DNA of 64,000 nucleotides from Balanoglossus misakiensis (taxonomy: Eukaryota; Animalia; Hemichordata). Shown in pieces: positions 48,401-63,000 of the stretch. Each line of letters opens with the position of its first letter. Position 1 is the first letter of the stretch. The position numbers and the translations under genes were made by a program. The notes beneath the pieces are model-generated. The model was not told the origin of the DNA. It did no database searches and saw nothing but the letters and a program-made list of their open reading frames with translations. The DNA lies in the NCBI GenBank assembly GCA_040954595.2, contig CM082587.2, forward strand, positions 11,959,262 to 12,023,261, given 5' to 3'.

Positions 48401-51400
48401 CGAGTGAGTGTAATTGCAAATTTGCCTATTCTAGATCTGTAATGGAAATGGAGAAAGTACCTTATATTTTCTGTAAAATAGACATTTAATTGGCAAGCCG
48501 TCCTGCATCAATTATGAATTGTGTACATGCACTAAAGCGCCCTCACTGCTGGGTGTGTTGTATGGTCTTTAACCCTGTTTCAAATTAGAGTACTTTCTGC
48601 AATTTCAAGACAGATCTTACGTGCCATTGGAGAGCTCCATTGACTGGTCATTCATACTGTTTTCATTCATTCATTGCGGCATCAATATATTTTATCTATT
48701 CTAGCCAAAGAGCTTGGCACCTGTTGAAATGAACTCATCTGCTGTGGGCCAGTTTATTGGTGGCAGTTGAGCTGAGAAGAGCACCTTCCTTCCCGGCACG
48801 CCACCAAGTAAAGTTCCACGCCGCCCACCACAGATGCCAGCATTCATTCATGCGAGTGAGTGTAATTGCAAATTTGCCTATTCTAGAATCTTACGTGCCA
48901 TTGGAGAGCTCCATTGACTGGTCATTCATACTGTTTTCATTCATTCATTGCGGCATCAATATATTTTATCTATTCTAGCCAAAGAGCTTGGCACCTGTTG
49001 AAATGAACTCATCTGCTGTGGGCCAGTTTATTGGTGGCAGTTGAGCTGAGGAGAGCACCTTCCTTCCCGGGACGCCACCAAGTAAAGTTCCACGCCGCCC
49101 ACCACAGATGCCAGCATTCATTCATGCGAGTGAGTGTAATTGCAAATTTGCCTATTCTAGATTCTTACGTGCCATTGGAGAGCTCCATTGACTGGTCATT
49201 CATACTGTTTTCATTCATTCATTGCGGCATCAATATATTTTATCTATTCTAGCCAAAGAGCTTGGCACCTGTTGAAATGAACTCATCTGCTGTGGGCCAG
49301 TTTATTGGTGGCAGTTGAGCTGAGGAGAGCACCTTCCTTCCCGGCACGCCACCAAGTAAAGTTCCACGCCGCCCACCACAGATGCCAGCATTCATTCATG
49401 CGAGTGAGTGTAATTGCAAATTTGCCTATTCTAGATCTGTAATGGAAATGGAGAAAGTACCTTATATTTTCTGTAAAATAGACATTTAATTGGCAAGCCG
49501 TCCTGCATCAATTATTAATTGTGTACATGCACTAAAGCGCCCTCACTGCTGGGTGTGTTGTATGGTCTTTAACCCTGTTTCAAATTAGAGTACTTTCTGC
49601 AATTTCAAGACAGATCTTACGTGCCATTGGAGAGCTCCATTGACTGGTCATTCATACTGTTTTCATTCATTCATTGCGGCATCAATATATTTTATCTATT
49701 CTAGCCAAAGAGCTTGGCACCTGTTGAAATGAACTCATCTGCTGTGGGCCAGTTTATTGGTGGCAGTTGAGCTGAGGAGAGCACCTTCCTTCCCGGCACG
49801 CCACCAAGTAAAGTTCCACGCCGCCCACCACAGATGCCAGCATTCATTCATGCGAGTGAGTGTAATTGCAAATTTGCCTATTCTAGATCTGTAATGGAAA
49901 TGGAGAAAGTACCTTATATTTTCTGTAAAATAGACATTTAATTGGCAAGCCGTCCTGCATCAATTATGAATTGTGTACATGCACTAAAGCGCCCTCACTG
50001 CTGGGTGTGTTGTATGGTCTTTAACCCTGTTTCAAATTAGAGTACTTTCTGCAATTTCAAGACAGATCTTACGTGCCATTGGAGAGCTCCATTGACTGGT
50101 CATTCATACTGTTTTCATTCATTCATTGCGGCATCAATATATTTTATGTATTCTAGCCAAAGAGCTTGGCACCTGTTGAAATGAACTCATCTGCTGTGGG
50201 CCAGTTTATTGGTGGCAGTTGAGCTGAGGAGAGCACCTTCCTTCCCGGCACGCCACCAAGTAAAGTTCCACGCCGCCCACCACAGATGCCAGCATTCATT
50301 CATGCGAGTGAGTGTAATTGCAAATTTGCCTATTCTAGATCTGTAATGGAAATGGAGAAAGTACCTTATATTTTCTGTAAAATAGACATTTAATTGGCAA
50401 GCCGTCCTGCATCAATTATTAATTGTGTACATGCACTAAAGCGCCCTCACTGCTGGGTGTGTTGTATGGTCTTTAACCCTGTTTCAAATTAGAGTACTTT
50501 CTGCAATTTCAAGACAGATCTTACGTGCCATTGGAGAGCTCCATTGACTGGTCATTCATACTGTTTTCATTCATTCATTGCGGCATCAATATATTTTATC
50601 TATTCTAGCCAAAGAGCTTGGCACCTGTTGAAATGAACTCATCTGCTGTGGGCCAGTTTATTGGTGGCAGTTGAGCTGAGGAGAGCACCTTCCTTCCCGG
50701 CACGCCACCAAGTAAAGTTCCACGCCGCCCACCACAGATGCCAGCATTCATTCATGCGAGTGAGTGTAATTGCAAATTTGCCTATTCTAGAATTACGTGC
50801 CATTGGAGAGCTCCATTGACTGGTCATTCATACTGTTTTCATTCATTCATTGCGGCATCAATATATTTTATCTATTCTAGCCAAAGAGCTTGGCACCTGT
50901 TGAAATGAACTCATCTGCTGTGGGCCAGTTTATTGGTGGCAGTTGAGCTGAGGAGAGCACCTTCCTTCCCGGCACGCCACCAAGTAAAGTTCCACGCCGC
51001 CCACCACAGATGCCAGCATTCATTCATGCGAGTGAGTGTAATTGCAAATTTGCCTATTCTAGATCTGTAATGGAAATGGAGAAAGTACCTTATATTTTCT
51101 GTAAAATAGACATTTAATTGGCAAGCCGTCCTGCATCAATTATGAATTGTGTACATGCACTAAAGCGCCCTCACTGCTGGGTGTGTTGTATGGTCTTTAA
51201 CCCTGTTTCAAATTAGAGTACTTTCTGCAATTTCAAGACAGATCTTACGTGCCATTGGAGAGCTCCATTGACTGGTCATTCATACTGTTTTCATTCATTC
51301 ATTGCGGCATCAATATATTTTATCTATTCTAGCCAAAGAGCTTGGCACCTGTTGAAATGAACTCATCTGCTGTGGGCCAGTTTATTGGTGGCAGTTGAGC

Positions 51401-51900
51401 TGAGGAGAGCACCTTCCTTCCCGGCACGCCACCAAGTAAAGTTCCACGCCGCCCACCACAGATGCCAGCATTCATTCATGCGAGTGAGTGTAATTGCAAA
51501 TTTGCCTATTCTAGATCTGTAATGGAAATGGAGAAAGTACCTTATATTTTCTGTAAAATAGACATTTAATTGGCAAGCCGTCCTGCATCAATTATGAATT
51601 GTGTACATGCACTAAAGCGCCCTCACTGCTGGGTGTGTTGTATGGTCTTTAACCCTGTTTCAAATTAGAGTACTTTCTGCAATTTCAAGACAGATCTTAC
51701 GTGCCATTGGAGAGCTCCATTGACTGGTCATTCATACTGTTTTCATTCATTCATTGCGGCATCAATATATTTTATCTATTCTAGCCAAAGAGCTTGGCAC
51801 CTGTTGAAATGAACTCATCTGCTGTGGGCCAGTTTATTGGTGGCAGTTGAGCTGAGGAGAGCACCTTCCTTCCCGGCACGCCACCAAGTAAAGTTCCACG
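39411..51900. repeat. Satellite array 3 (~12.5 kb)
   Basis: Same monomers; variant order matches array 1 at offset 38557. Confidence 0.98.
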
Positions 51901-52287
51901 TGCATTCCTGGCCCTGGTTTTATTTATGTTTACAGACAATATTGCATTTTTGTACAAGTATTTTAATCAACTATAAATTTTGAATGTGTCATTTACCTGA
52001 ACCGGTCATGTTGACCAGAATGATACATTTCTGCCTTCACTCACCCTATAAATATGTGATTGAGACATAGGTCATTTGCATAAGCTAACATACCAGAAAG
52101 TAAGCATATCTGTTGTTTTCCCTGTGTCACTGCCATCAAAGTAAAAATTAGACGTTGTGTAGAGCAAACTCCAATTTTTTGTTCTCAATAAACATGGATG
52201 AATTACATAGAATGTGTTTGTTGTTTACAGTCTTTAAATGACACATTAGATTATGCACTTTACAAAACGTTTCTGAGAAACAAGTGA

Positions 52288-52782
52288 CTAACTAGTTTCT
52301 TTCCACTGTGGCCAACGTGGTTCACTGTTTGTGTCAGAATCTCTCTGTTTTGCAAGGATTTTGAAATCATAGTGGTGACATGCATAGTGAAAATCAGCTA
52401 CTTTCAAATGTCCGTCATGTTCATGCTGTAATTGAATTTTCAAAGCTGGGCTGGCGTGTTTTTTCTTATTTACATAAGTATCACACTTTATACATGTATC
52501 TTCATGGGGTTTTTTGAGTCCCGTATTTAGGTCCTCTCTCACAATTTTACGAAATATCGTATAACTGACAGTTGTTCTTCCCAGAAGAGATTGGTTGGTT
52601 ATGAACTCTCGGTGTAACTGCGATATACTGTGGTCCGGCGCCAGGTACGGTTTAAATCGAGGATTCCTGCAGTAGTGAGATTCTACAATTCTGTGCCTGC
52701 GTACGTGTTCAGTGATATCAGTCAGCAAATTTGGATTGAGTTTCCGACGATGCCCTTTGTGTCGGCCCCTTGCATCTGGCAT
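52288..52782 (-). pseudogene. Truncated duplicate of the transposase N-half gene, copy 3
   Basis: Identical translation to 13731-14225. Confidence 0.85.
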
Positions 52783-53189
52783 CAGACCAGTAAAGTTCCA
52801 TGTGCATTCCTGGCCCTGGTTTTATTTATGTTTACAGACAATATTGCATTTTTGTACAAGTATTTTAATCAACTATAAATTTTGAATGTGTCATTTACCT
52901 GAACCGGTCATGTTGACCAGAATGATACATTTCTGCCTTCACTCACCCTATAAATATGTGATTGAGACATAGGTCATTTGCATAAGCTAACATACCAGAA
53001 AGTAAGCATATCTGTTGTTTTCCCTGTGTCACTGCCATCAAAGTAAAAATTAGACGTTGTGTAGAGCAAACTCCAATTTTTTGTTCTCAATAAACATGGA
53101 TGAATTACATAGAATGTGTTTGTTGTTTACAGTCTTTAAATGACACATTAGATTATGCACTTTACAAAACGTTTCTGAGAAACAAGTGA

Positions 53190-54146
53190 CTAACTAGTTT
53201 CTTTCCACTGTGGCCAACGTGGTTCACTGTTTGTGTCAGAATCTCTCTGTTTTGCAAGGATTTTGAAATCATAGTGGTGACATGCATAGTGAAAATCAGC
53301 TACTTTCAAATGTCCGTCATGTTCATGCTGTAATTGAATTTTCAAAGCTGGGCTGGCGTGTTTTTTCTTATTTACATAAGTATCACACTTTATACATGTA
53401 TCTTCATGGGGTTTTCTGAGTCCCGTATTTAGGTCCTCTCTCACAATTTTACGAAATATCGTATAACTGACAGTTGTTCTTCCCAGAAGAGATTGGTTGG
53501 TTATGAACTCTCGGTGTAACTGCGATATACTGTGGTCCGGCGCCAGGTACGGTTTAAATCGAGGATTCCTGCAGTAGTGAGATTCTACAATTCTGTGCCT
53601 GCGTACGTGTTCAGTGATATCAGTCAGCAAATTTGGATTGAGTTTCCGACGATGCCCTTTGTGTCGGCCCCTTGCATCTGGCATCAGACCAGTTGAACAG
53701 TGCATCATTTTGCTTAGAACGGTTCTAGTCCGCCTCTCACTAATGCCAAATAATTTCAGGAATGCATTTTTGCAGACAGTAACCGTTTCACCGCCTTCAT
53801 TCACCAGGTGATAACGAACCGATTTCTTGTGTGACTTCATCTGTATATCCATCAGTTTGTAGAGCATCAAGTTCTGTTCATTATACACGCGACCATCAAA
53901 ATATTTTCTCGTGGTGCCTAAAACATGCGTACTCCCAAGCTTCCGCAGACAATTCCCTTGAACGCAGGCGCATTCCAAGGAAAGACTGTCAATATCTGGA
54001 AAAGGGCGATTTTTCCTTGGTTTTTGTCTCGGACACGTCTTTTTAGAATTCCTACGTGGCTTGTTGGCTCGAGCTGACAGTTCGGTTCTGCGTTGCTGCC
54101 ACACAGGAATGGGTTCCCACGCATAAGCAACTCCCCGGCAGGCCAT
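53190..54146 (-). CDS. Transposase N-terminal half, copy 3
   Basis: Identical translation to copy 1. Confidence 0.8.
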   Translation of the reverse strand: MACRGVAYAWEPIPVWQQRRTELSARANKPRRNSKKTCPRQKPRKNRPFPDIDSLSLECACVQGNCLRKLGSTHVLGTTRKYFDGRVYNEQNLMLYKLMDIQMKSHKKSVRYHLVNEGGETVTVCKNAFLKLFGISERRTRTVLSKMMHCSTGLMPDARGRHKGHRRKLNPNLLTDITEHVRRHRIVESHYCRNPRFKPYLAPDHSISQLHREFITNQSLLGRTTVSYTIFRKIVREDLNTGLRKPHEDTCIKCDTYVNKKKHASPALKIQLQHEHDGHLKVADFHYACHHYDFKILAKQRDSDTNSEPRWPQWKETS

Positions 54147-54317
54147 GGTCACAGCTGAAGTATTTGTTCAAGTACTGACTGACTAAACGCGGCATGGAAC
54201 AAACGAACGAACGAACGAACGACTTCACGTTCGGAAAAAAAATCGTTGCGAGCTGTTGGGTGCCTCTATAGTTGTCGGCAACCGTTCTTTTTTATTGCTA
54301 AACAATGCTGTCAGAGC

Positions 54318-55331
54318 ATGGAAGGTGTGGTGGAAAACGAACAGAGGTTTTGTACGACCAACGATTGGATGGTGCTACATATGGACTTCCACAAGTCATT
54401 GCCGGTTCCTAAACTCAGCTCTGAAGACTTTTACTTTAAATCGAAATTGCAAATGAAGCTCCTTGGAATTTACAACGGGACAACGGAAAAGATGCATTGT
54501 TATGTATGGACAGAGCTCGATAGCAGAAAGTCTCCCGATGAAGTTATTACCTGTCTAAATCACTTTTTTTATAACTCGGGTGTGACCAGCAGACATGCAG
54601 TTATTTACAGCGACAACTGCCGTGCCGAATTCAAGTGTGGGAAGTTAATGTTTTACTATGACTATCTGTTACGAAAGGGCGTGTTTCGACGAATTGACTA
54701 TAAAACTCTTGTGGCTGGACACACGTACTCCACCTGTGACCGAGTTTTTGCGTCCATTGAAAGGCATGCAAGTCGTTTCCAGAGTATAGAGACACCTCAC
54801 GATTGGACATCTGTGATTCGAGGATCTTCTCTGAATGGGAACATTGGAGTTACGGAGATGACTCACAGAGACTTTTTCAATTATTCTGATTTCCTGAAAA
54901 ATGAGTACGTTGTGCGTTATGCAGATACAAACAATGTAACTTTTTACTACCAAGCCATGCACTATTTTAATTTTGGAGAAGGAGAAAGGCTTGATACCGA
55001 CGGCAACCTCAGAACATTTAGTCATGCAGATAAAGTTTGGGTGAGAACATCTCTAGATCCAAGCGAGACCCCGATTGTAGTCGACTTTAGAAAGAAGAAG
55101 CAGAACCGGCGTTTACAAGATTGTACGCTGAACAAACTTTATCAGGAACGTCGACCACTGGCGAGCAAAGTTTGGCGGGATCTTCAGAGTTTAGCCAAAA
55201 ATTACCTGTCTCCGGAGGCAATAGAATTTTATAGGAATCTACCGCTTCAGGAGAGTAGTGGCACCTCTGCAGACCCGTACGCCTTTCATGATGATGACGA
55301 CGACGATGATGATGATATGGGCGGTGGTTGA
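54318..55331 (+). CDS. Transposase catalytic DDD half, copy 3
   Basis: Identical translation to copy 1. Confidence 0.85.
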   Translation: MEGVVENEQRFCTTNDWMVLHMDFHKSLPVPKLSSEDFYFKSKLQMKLLGIYNGTTEKMHCYVWTELDSRKSPDEVITCLNHFFYNSGVTSRHAVIYSDNCRAEFKCGKLMFYYDYLLRKGVFRRIDYKTLVAGHTYSTCDRVFASIERHASRFQSIETPHDWTSVIRGSSLNGNIGVTEMTHRDFFNYSDFLKNEYVVRYADTNNVTFYYQAMHYFNFGEGERLDTDGNLRTFSHADKVWVRTSLDPSETPIVVDFRKKKQNRRLQDCTLNKLYQERRPLASKVWRDLQSLAKNYLSPEAIEFYRNLPLQESSGTSADPYAFHDDDDDDDDDMGGG

Positions 55332-55814
55332 ACAAACTGTCCTTTTCATGACGACAGTGATTTTGGATATTTGATGTGCGTGCACAGTTTATATGTAATA
55401 TTTTCACACGAACGAGTTTTGACTGAATTTGATTAAAGAATGTACTCGATAATTAACAAATGTGCTGAATCGTGGTTATTATGTTGTTAATTTTTGTTTG
55501 TTTGTTTGTTTGTTTGTAAACAATTTCCGTTCATTCAACTGGCTACAAAGTTGGATTTTTGTACTGGGAAGCGATAAACTCGCACATCAAAACCGGGGAG
55601 ACTCGATCATTTTTCCCTGCAGGTAGCCTGAAAAGCACCCGGGCAGAGATTACGTCATATATGGTCCACTTTAATACGAAATTATGCAAATGTGACATTT
55701 CACGGAAACGGCGTATATAAAAGCGACCCTGGGCTATTGTTCGGAATGCGTCATCGACGAGAGAGTGACTGATAATTCTTCTACCTCGAGTCAACCATTC
55801 TGTATATACTGAAC

Positions 55815-57141
55815 ATGGCTAGCTGGCGCAGGAAGAGACAAGGCAATGTGCGGTCTGTAATCAACGAACGGCACCGCTCAGTTCAGTGTCCCTTTCTTCA
55901 AAAGTGGATCGGTGAGCAATTGGTATTTTCAGGTCGTTCAGAGGATGAAGTCCAGTCCAGTACTGTATTTGAGAGCTACAAATGTTGGGTTGAAAACTAT
56001 TCGTCGGCGGACAATCAAGTAATGATTATGGTTACTAAAGCTCGATTTTTCAAGGTGAGAATGATCGCATTTTTCTTCCCCCCCCCCCTCCCTCCCCCAA
56101 GGGACTCGTTTTCTGTCTCTTTTAAACCTGTAACTTAACGAAAAGGAAGTTTTTCACATATCTCTTTGTTGACACTATAGCAATTTGGAGCGCGGATGCT
56201 TCAAGAGAATAGCGTTACCAAATCAAAGTCGGCCGGGGTTAATATTTATAGAGGTGTTCGTCTGAAAGCTGGTTCGCGAAGAATCTCAACGGGGAAACCT
56301 GAGCACAGTGTACTTCAGACCAGGGCAAGGGCATTTCTTGATGACGCCAGCGTGACCGTTCCGATCGAGGTAAGAATGGTGTTTTGTTTGGACTAGGACA
56401 ATAGAACGTTGCAATGAGTGTGTCAATGGGTGTCCAAGTGCAAACGTGGTCGGCTTCTGTCCACAAATGCCATTAATTTTAGGCAGGATTTATAAAATTG
56501 TCAATGAAGAATACAAAAATGAAAAACAATAGTTAATAGCAAACGGGTAGGATTGCAAGGGCTTGTAAAACGGTACACACTGTACCAGGAAGTTTGCAAC
56601 ACTAATGAAGAATGTATATGATATATTTAGGTGAGAACTGTTCGCGATCGCCGGGACGCAGGACGGTGCGCGTTTTCGACGAGGGATCTTCAAGCCTGGA
56701 ACGTCGTCTGCGAATACCGGGGCACGGTTATTAGCGTTGAAGAAGCTAGTCGGCGTGATGAACTTTACAGGGCAGAGGGGAAACGACCACGCATGTTTCA
56801 TCTCTACATTGGAAAGAGACACGTTGTGTGAGTGTATCACTTAGTCGAATATATGGTCATATATTGCAAAGCATCTGTCGAAATAGAAAACGTAATATTG
56901 TCTATATTTTCCTCATTAACGCAGCATTGACGGATACGATGTCCCAGCCGGTGAAGAAAATTTAGCGGGCCTAATAAATCACAGTCAGCAGAACGCCAAC
57001 TTGGTACCGGTTCGGATCGGAGAGCGCCTGGTTTTCTTTGCAACCAGGAATCTTTGTCAGGGAGTAGAGCTTTTGTATGATTACGGTGACGGGGGTGAAG
57101 AGGATTTCTTCAGTGGTTCTCAAACTTTTCCTGAAAATTAA
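55815..57141 (+). CDS. Winged-helix + SET methyltransferase (4 exons), copy 3
   Basis: Same exons and splice sites at +38557. Confidence 0.9.
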
Positions 57142-58049
57142 GGCATTAACACATCAACGCTTCGGGATGTCGTAACGGCGGCAAGGCGGGGGGGGGGGGG
57201 GGGGGGGCGTGAAAATGTTTGTATCAGGAACAAAATTCCCGTGCAAATCACCTTGATCCGGGTGGGTGGACTATTCGCGACAAATGTTGAAATCATACAA
57301 AGCATTTTACTTAATTAACCCATTTTTTTCATTTATTTGTTTACAGTTTACAACGTCATAGAGAAGTTGAACTAGAGACTGGATCAGCGTGGGTGACACC
57401 ATAGTACACCAATGTTTTCTTCAGTTTGATTCAATTGTAATTTAAAACTGAGATTGCCTAACGCTTTCCCAGATTTTTTTAACCACTGAGAAACTGTGGG
57501 TTTTTTTCTGGGTTTTGGTGCGAGGTGATCTCAGTCAGTGGTGTTAATTTAATTAATCATTTTCTTTTCCTATTTACGTCGACTGAAATGTATTTTGATA
57601 GGTGATAGTCATACCATAAAAAAATCTTACGGCGCGACTGCCAAAATGTACATTTATTTGTCCGTTCCAAGTTATTTTGTGTATGTGTGATGGGTGCCGG
57701 TGACTGTGCAGGGTTGATTTCCCTAGAGCGACTGTTATATTCGTTTTCCAACGATGATGAATTTACATGTTATTTGCTTGGCATTTTGACGCAGAGACAC
57801 TTCTGAAAACACAAACCTATTAATTATGCCACGGGTGTAAATTGATCACATTAAAAGAGGCTTTAGACGTTTGCCGCGAGCTCCTGGTGGGCAGAATCTT
57901 GTCAGCCCAAATTTGACTATAAGTACATAGCCAATGATGTGACGCTCTCCCACATCCTTCGCCGCGCCTTTTCGCTGATTTACAGCATCTTGCGTAAACA
58001 CTGTCATTTGATCTTGCTTGGCAGAAGTCAACTTGCTCTATACTACATT

Positions 58050-58415
58050 ATGGCGGCCAAGCTCAACTGCATATCAGATAATGCCAAGGAGCGTTTGAGA
58101 GGCATCCTCGCCAGAAGGAGTCGCGTTTCCGGTGACTGTGTGCTCTGGACGGGTGCAGCTTGTCGAAACGGCTATGGCTCTATTACGTTCAGAGATGAGA
58201 ACACTCTAACCGCCTATGTCCATCACATTGCACTCCTAATTAACGGAGTGCAATTGGTGGGCAGGCGGTTAGAGTGTTCTCATCTTTGCAACGAAAAGCT
58301 ATGCATCCGCCCAGAGCACATTGTCCAGGAAACGCGACTCCTAAACATTTCACGAAAGACGTGCTTTAAATCCCCAAAAGGGGAGTGTCACCACGATCCC
58401 AGGTGCCTAAGGTGA
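58050..58415 (+). CDS. His-Me finger (His-Cys box) endonuclease, copy 3
   Basis: Identical translation to copy 1. Confidence 0.88.
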   Translation: MAAKLNCISDNAKERLRGILARRSRVSGDCVLWTGAACRNGYGSITFRDENTLTAYVHHIALLINGVQLVGRRLECSHLCNEKLCIRPEHIVQETRLLNISRKTCFKSPKGECHHDPRCLR

Positions 58416-60046
58416 GTAATCCTCTTCTCATTTGATATGTATTGTGTGACCCTGCAGTTGAAACGCTTTCATCAATAATTTGCGGCGCGTGGGTAATCTC
58501 GGTGTTATTGACAATGCAGCCGGCCCAAACATTTTTAAATTAACACTGTTTCTGACTGTATTAACGAAATGTCCAATTTGCAAGTAGCCTATAGACAACC
58601 CTTTTGAATGAGTTTTGTCTCGTTGAGATTTTATACATAAGGAACAATCTAGATTTATTTTAGAAGACACTGTTCTTTTAAAACAGCTAGCATAATACAG
58701 CTAAATTTCGGAATTTCCGGACAATTTTCGGAATTCCTTTTAAATTTGAGAAATTTTTCATCAGATATAAGTGTTACTATTTATTGGACATGTTTTTATC
58801 ATTGTTTACTTTTTAAGGTCATTCTCATCCCCCCCCCCCCCCCAAAAAAAAAGCCGCTTTAGGCTTCATGTTCAGTAAAAAATCTGGAAAGTTCAGCTGA
58901 ATTTTACACTGATCACACATTTTTGGGAAGGTCTGGCGCAAAATAAAGGATGACAAATGTAAATCTAATGTCACATTTGTAAACCTCTAAGTATTGTACA
59001 CTCATTCTATTAAGTATATGCAAATAGTACGGATAATTTTTTCGGAATGTGGAATTCCGAAATTAGTTCGGAACGTGTTAGCAGTGAAGAGATCACCACT
59101 GAGGGTTGGAAGGCCTTGCCAGAAATTAACGCGTAAAGTACGCCCTCACAGGCCATGTAAACAAGGTCAAATAAGGCCGTCTGGCAAACGAATGATTAAT
59201 TCAACGCGCCATTTGAGCCGAGCTGAGTTGGTCTGAGTTGCGTATCACACAGACTTAGGCTGAATGTCAGTGGAGTAACCAGTCCGTTTTAGATTTACCA
59301 ATGATGTGAATTTAATTTCTTCACCCAGAAAAACAGAACACAACTTGTCTGCAACATGATGCTGGAGGTGACACATGACAGAGAAGTGGATCCGCGTTGT
59401 CAACACAGATGCCAGCATTCAAAAGGGGAGTGCCACCTGCTAAAATCAACTCATCTGCTGTTGGCCCATTTTACCTGTGGCAACTGTTCAGAGGAGACAA
59501 CGTTTATTCCGTGCAAGCCAACACGCAATGTTGGGGTCTACCTGTCAACACAGATGCAAGCATTCATGTGAGTGAGTATCAGGACTGACCTTGTTTTGCT
59601 GAATAATTCATAATGCCTATTTTAGAATTCTTAGAGGCATTTGGAGTTCATTGCCTGGTCAACCAAACTACACCCCTTAACAGCTGAAACAAAATGCGTA
59701 TTGTGTTCATTCATTCATTGCTTCAATATATATAGGCAACATGAGTATCAAGTAGCACTATTTGTTTACGATTGTATTCATGAAAACTTCCCACTAACAA
59801 TTCCACAGTTAATATTGAACACATTTATCCAACAAGGTCAAAAGAAAAAGGGAATCTTCTGGTTCCAAAATACGCCACAAATGTGGGTCAACATACAGTG
59901 AAATATTATGGTGCTCAAATATGCAACATATCAAATCTGTCTCATCAAAGTCATGCTTTAAAAAAGAATTGAAAAGGTATTATTTATCCATTTGACTGCT
60001 GTATTTTCAGAAGGAAAACAAACTGAATTTGGTTTTTCATGTACAA

Positions 60047-63000
60047 ATATTTTCTGTAAAATAGACATTTAATTGGCAAGCCGTCCTGCATCAATTATTA
60101 ATTGTGTACATGCACTAAAGCGCCCTCACTGCTGGGTGTGTTGTATGGTCTTTAACCCTGTTTCAAATTAGAGTACTTTCTGCAATTTCAAGACAGATCT
60201 TACGTGCCATTGGAGAGCTCCATTGACTGGTCATTCATACTGTTTTCATTCATTCATTGCGGCATCAATATATTTTATGTATTCTAGCCAAAGAGCTTGG
60301 CACCTGTTGAAATGAACTCATCTGCTGTGGGCCAGTTTATTGGTGGCAGTTGAGCTGAGGAGAGCACCTTCCTTCCCGGCACGCCACCAAGTAAAGTTCC
60401 ACGCCGCCCACCACAGATGCCAGCATTCATTCATGCGAGTGAGTGTAATTGCAAATTTGCCTATTCTAGATCTGTAATGGAAATGGAGAAAGTACCTTAT
60501 ATTTTCTGTAAAATAGACATTTAATTGGCAAGCCGTCCTGCATCAATTATTAATTGTGTACATGCACTAAAGCGCCCTCACTGCTGGGTGTGTTGTATGG
60601 TCTTTAACCCTGTTTCAAATTAGAGTACTTTCTGCAATTTCAAGACAGATCTTACGTGCCATTGGAGAGCTCCATTGACTGGTCATTCATACTGTTTTCA
60701 TTCATTCATTGCGGCATCAATATATTTTATCTATTCTAGCCAAAGAGCTTGGCACCTGTTGAAATGAACTCATCTGCTGTGGGCCAGTTTATTGGTGGCA
60801 GTTGAGCTGAGGAGAGCACCTTCCTTCCCGGCACGCCACCAAGTAAAGTTCCACGCCGCCCACCACAGATGCCAGCATTCATTCATGCGAGTGAGTGTAA
60901 TTGCAAATTTGCCTATTCTAGAATTACGTGCCATTGGAGAGCTCCATTGACTGGTCATTCATACTGTTTTCATTCATTCATTGCGGCATCAATATATTTT
61001 ATCTATTCTAGCCAAAGAGCTTGGCACCTGTTGAAATGAACTCATCTGCTGTGGGCCAGTTTATTGGTGGCAGTTGAGCTGAGGAGAGCACCTTCCTTCC
61101 CGGCACGCCACCAAGTAAAGTTCCACGCCGCCCACCACAGATGCCAGCATTCATTCATGCGAGTGAGTGTAATTGCAAATTTGCCTATTCTAGATCTGTA
61201 ATGGAAATGGAGAAAGTACCTTATATTTTCTGTAAAATAGACATTTAATTGGCAAGCCGTCCTGCATCAATTATGAATTGTGTACATGCACTAAAGCGCC
61301 CTCACTGCTGGGTGTGTTGTATGGTCTTTAACCCTGTTTCAAATTAGAGTACTTTCTGCAATTTCAAGACAGATCTTACGTGCCATTGGAGAGCTCCATT
61401 GACTGGTCATTCATACTGTTTTCATTCATTCATTGCGGCATCAATATATTTTATCTATTCTAGCCAAAGAGCTTGGCACCTGTTGAAATGAACTCATCTG
61501 CTGTGGGCCAGTTTATTGGTGGCAGTTGAGCTGAGGAGAGCACCTTCCTTCCCGGCACGCCACCAAGTAAAGTTCCACGCCGCCCACCACAGATGCCAGC
61601 ATTCATTCATGCGAGTGAGTGTAATTGCAAATTTGCCTATTCTAGAATCTTACGTGCCATTGGAGAGCTCCATTGACTGGTCATTCATACTGTTTTCATT
61701 CATTCATTGCGGCATCAATATATTTTATCTATTCTAGCCAAAGAGCTTGGCACCTGTTGAAATGAACTCATCTGCTGTGGGCCAGTTTATTGGTGGCAGT
61801 TGAGCTGAGGAGAGCACCTTCCTTCCCGGCACGCCACCAAGTAAAGTTCCACGCCGCCCACCACAGATGCCAGCATTCATTCATGCGAGTGAGTGTAATT
61901 GCAAATTTGCCTATTCTAGATCTGTAATGGAAATGGAGAAAGTACCTTATATTTTCTGTAAAATAGACATTTAATTGGCAAGCCGTCCTGCATCAATTAT
62001 TAATTGTGTACATGCACTAAAGCGCCCTCACTGCTGGGTGTGTTGTATGGTCTTTAACCCTGTTTCAAATTAGAGTACTTTCTGCAATTTCAAGACAGAT
62101 CTTACGTGCCATTGGAGAGCTCCATTGACTGGTCATTCATACTGTTTTCATTCATTCATTGCGGCATCAATATATTTTATCTATTCTAGCCAAAGAGCTT
62201 GGCACCTGTTGAAATGAACTCATCTGCTGTGGGCCAGTTTATTGGTGGCAGTTGAGCTGAGAAGAGCACCTTCCTTCCCGGCACGCCACCAAGTAAAGTT
62301 CCACGCCGCCCACCACAGATGCCAGCATTCATTCATGCGAGTGAGTGTAATTGCAAATTTGCCTATTCTAGATCTGTAATGGAAATGGAGAAAGTACCTT
62401 ATATTTTCTGTAAAATAGACATTTAATTGGCAAGCCGTCCTGCATCAATTATGAATTGTGTACATGCACTAAAGCGCCCTCACTGCTGGGTGTGTTGTAT
62501 GGTCTTTAACCCTGTTTCAAATTAGAGTACTTTCTGCAATTTCAAGACAGATCTTACGTGCCATTGGAGAGCTCCATTGACTGGTCATTCATACTGTTTT
62601 CATTCATTCATTGCGGCATCAATATATTTTATCTATTCTAGCCAAAGAGCTTGGCACCTGTTGAAATGAACTCATCTGCTGTGGGCCAGTTTATTGGTGG
62701 CAGTTGAGCTGAGGAGAGCACCTTCCTTCCCGGCACGCCACCAAGTAAAGTTCCACGCCGCCCACCACAGATGCCAGCATTCATTCATGCGAGTGAGTGT
62801 AATTGCAAATTTGCCTATTCTAGATCTGTAATGGAAATGGAGAAAGTACCTTATATTTTCTGTAAAATAGACATTTAATTGGCAAGCCGTCCTGCATCAA
62901 TTATGAATTGTGTACATGCACTAAAGCGCCCTCACTGCTGGGTGTGTTGTATGGTCTTTAACCCTGTTTCAAATTAGAGTACTTTCTGCAATTTCAAGAC

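Larger units (their letters stand above)
51901..60196. mobile_element. Cassette copy 3 (offset +38557), ending in the right TIR of B
   Basis: Matches copy 1 including homopolymer lengths. Confidence 0.75.
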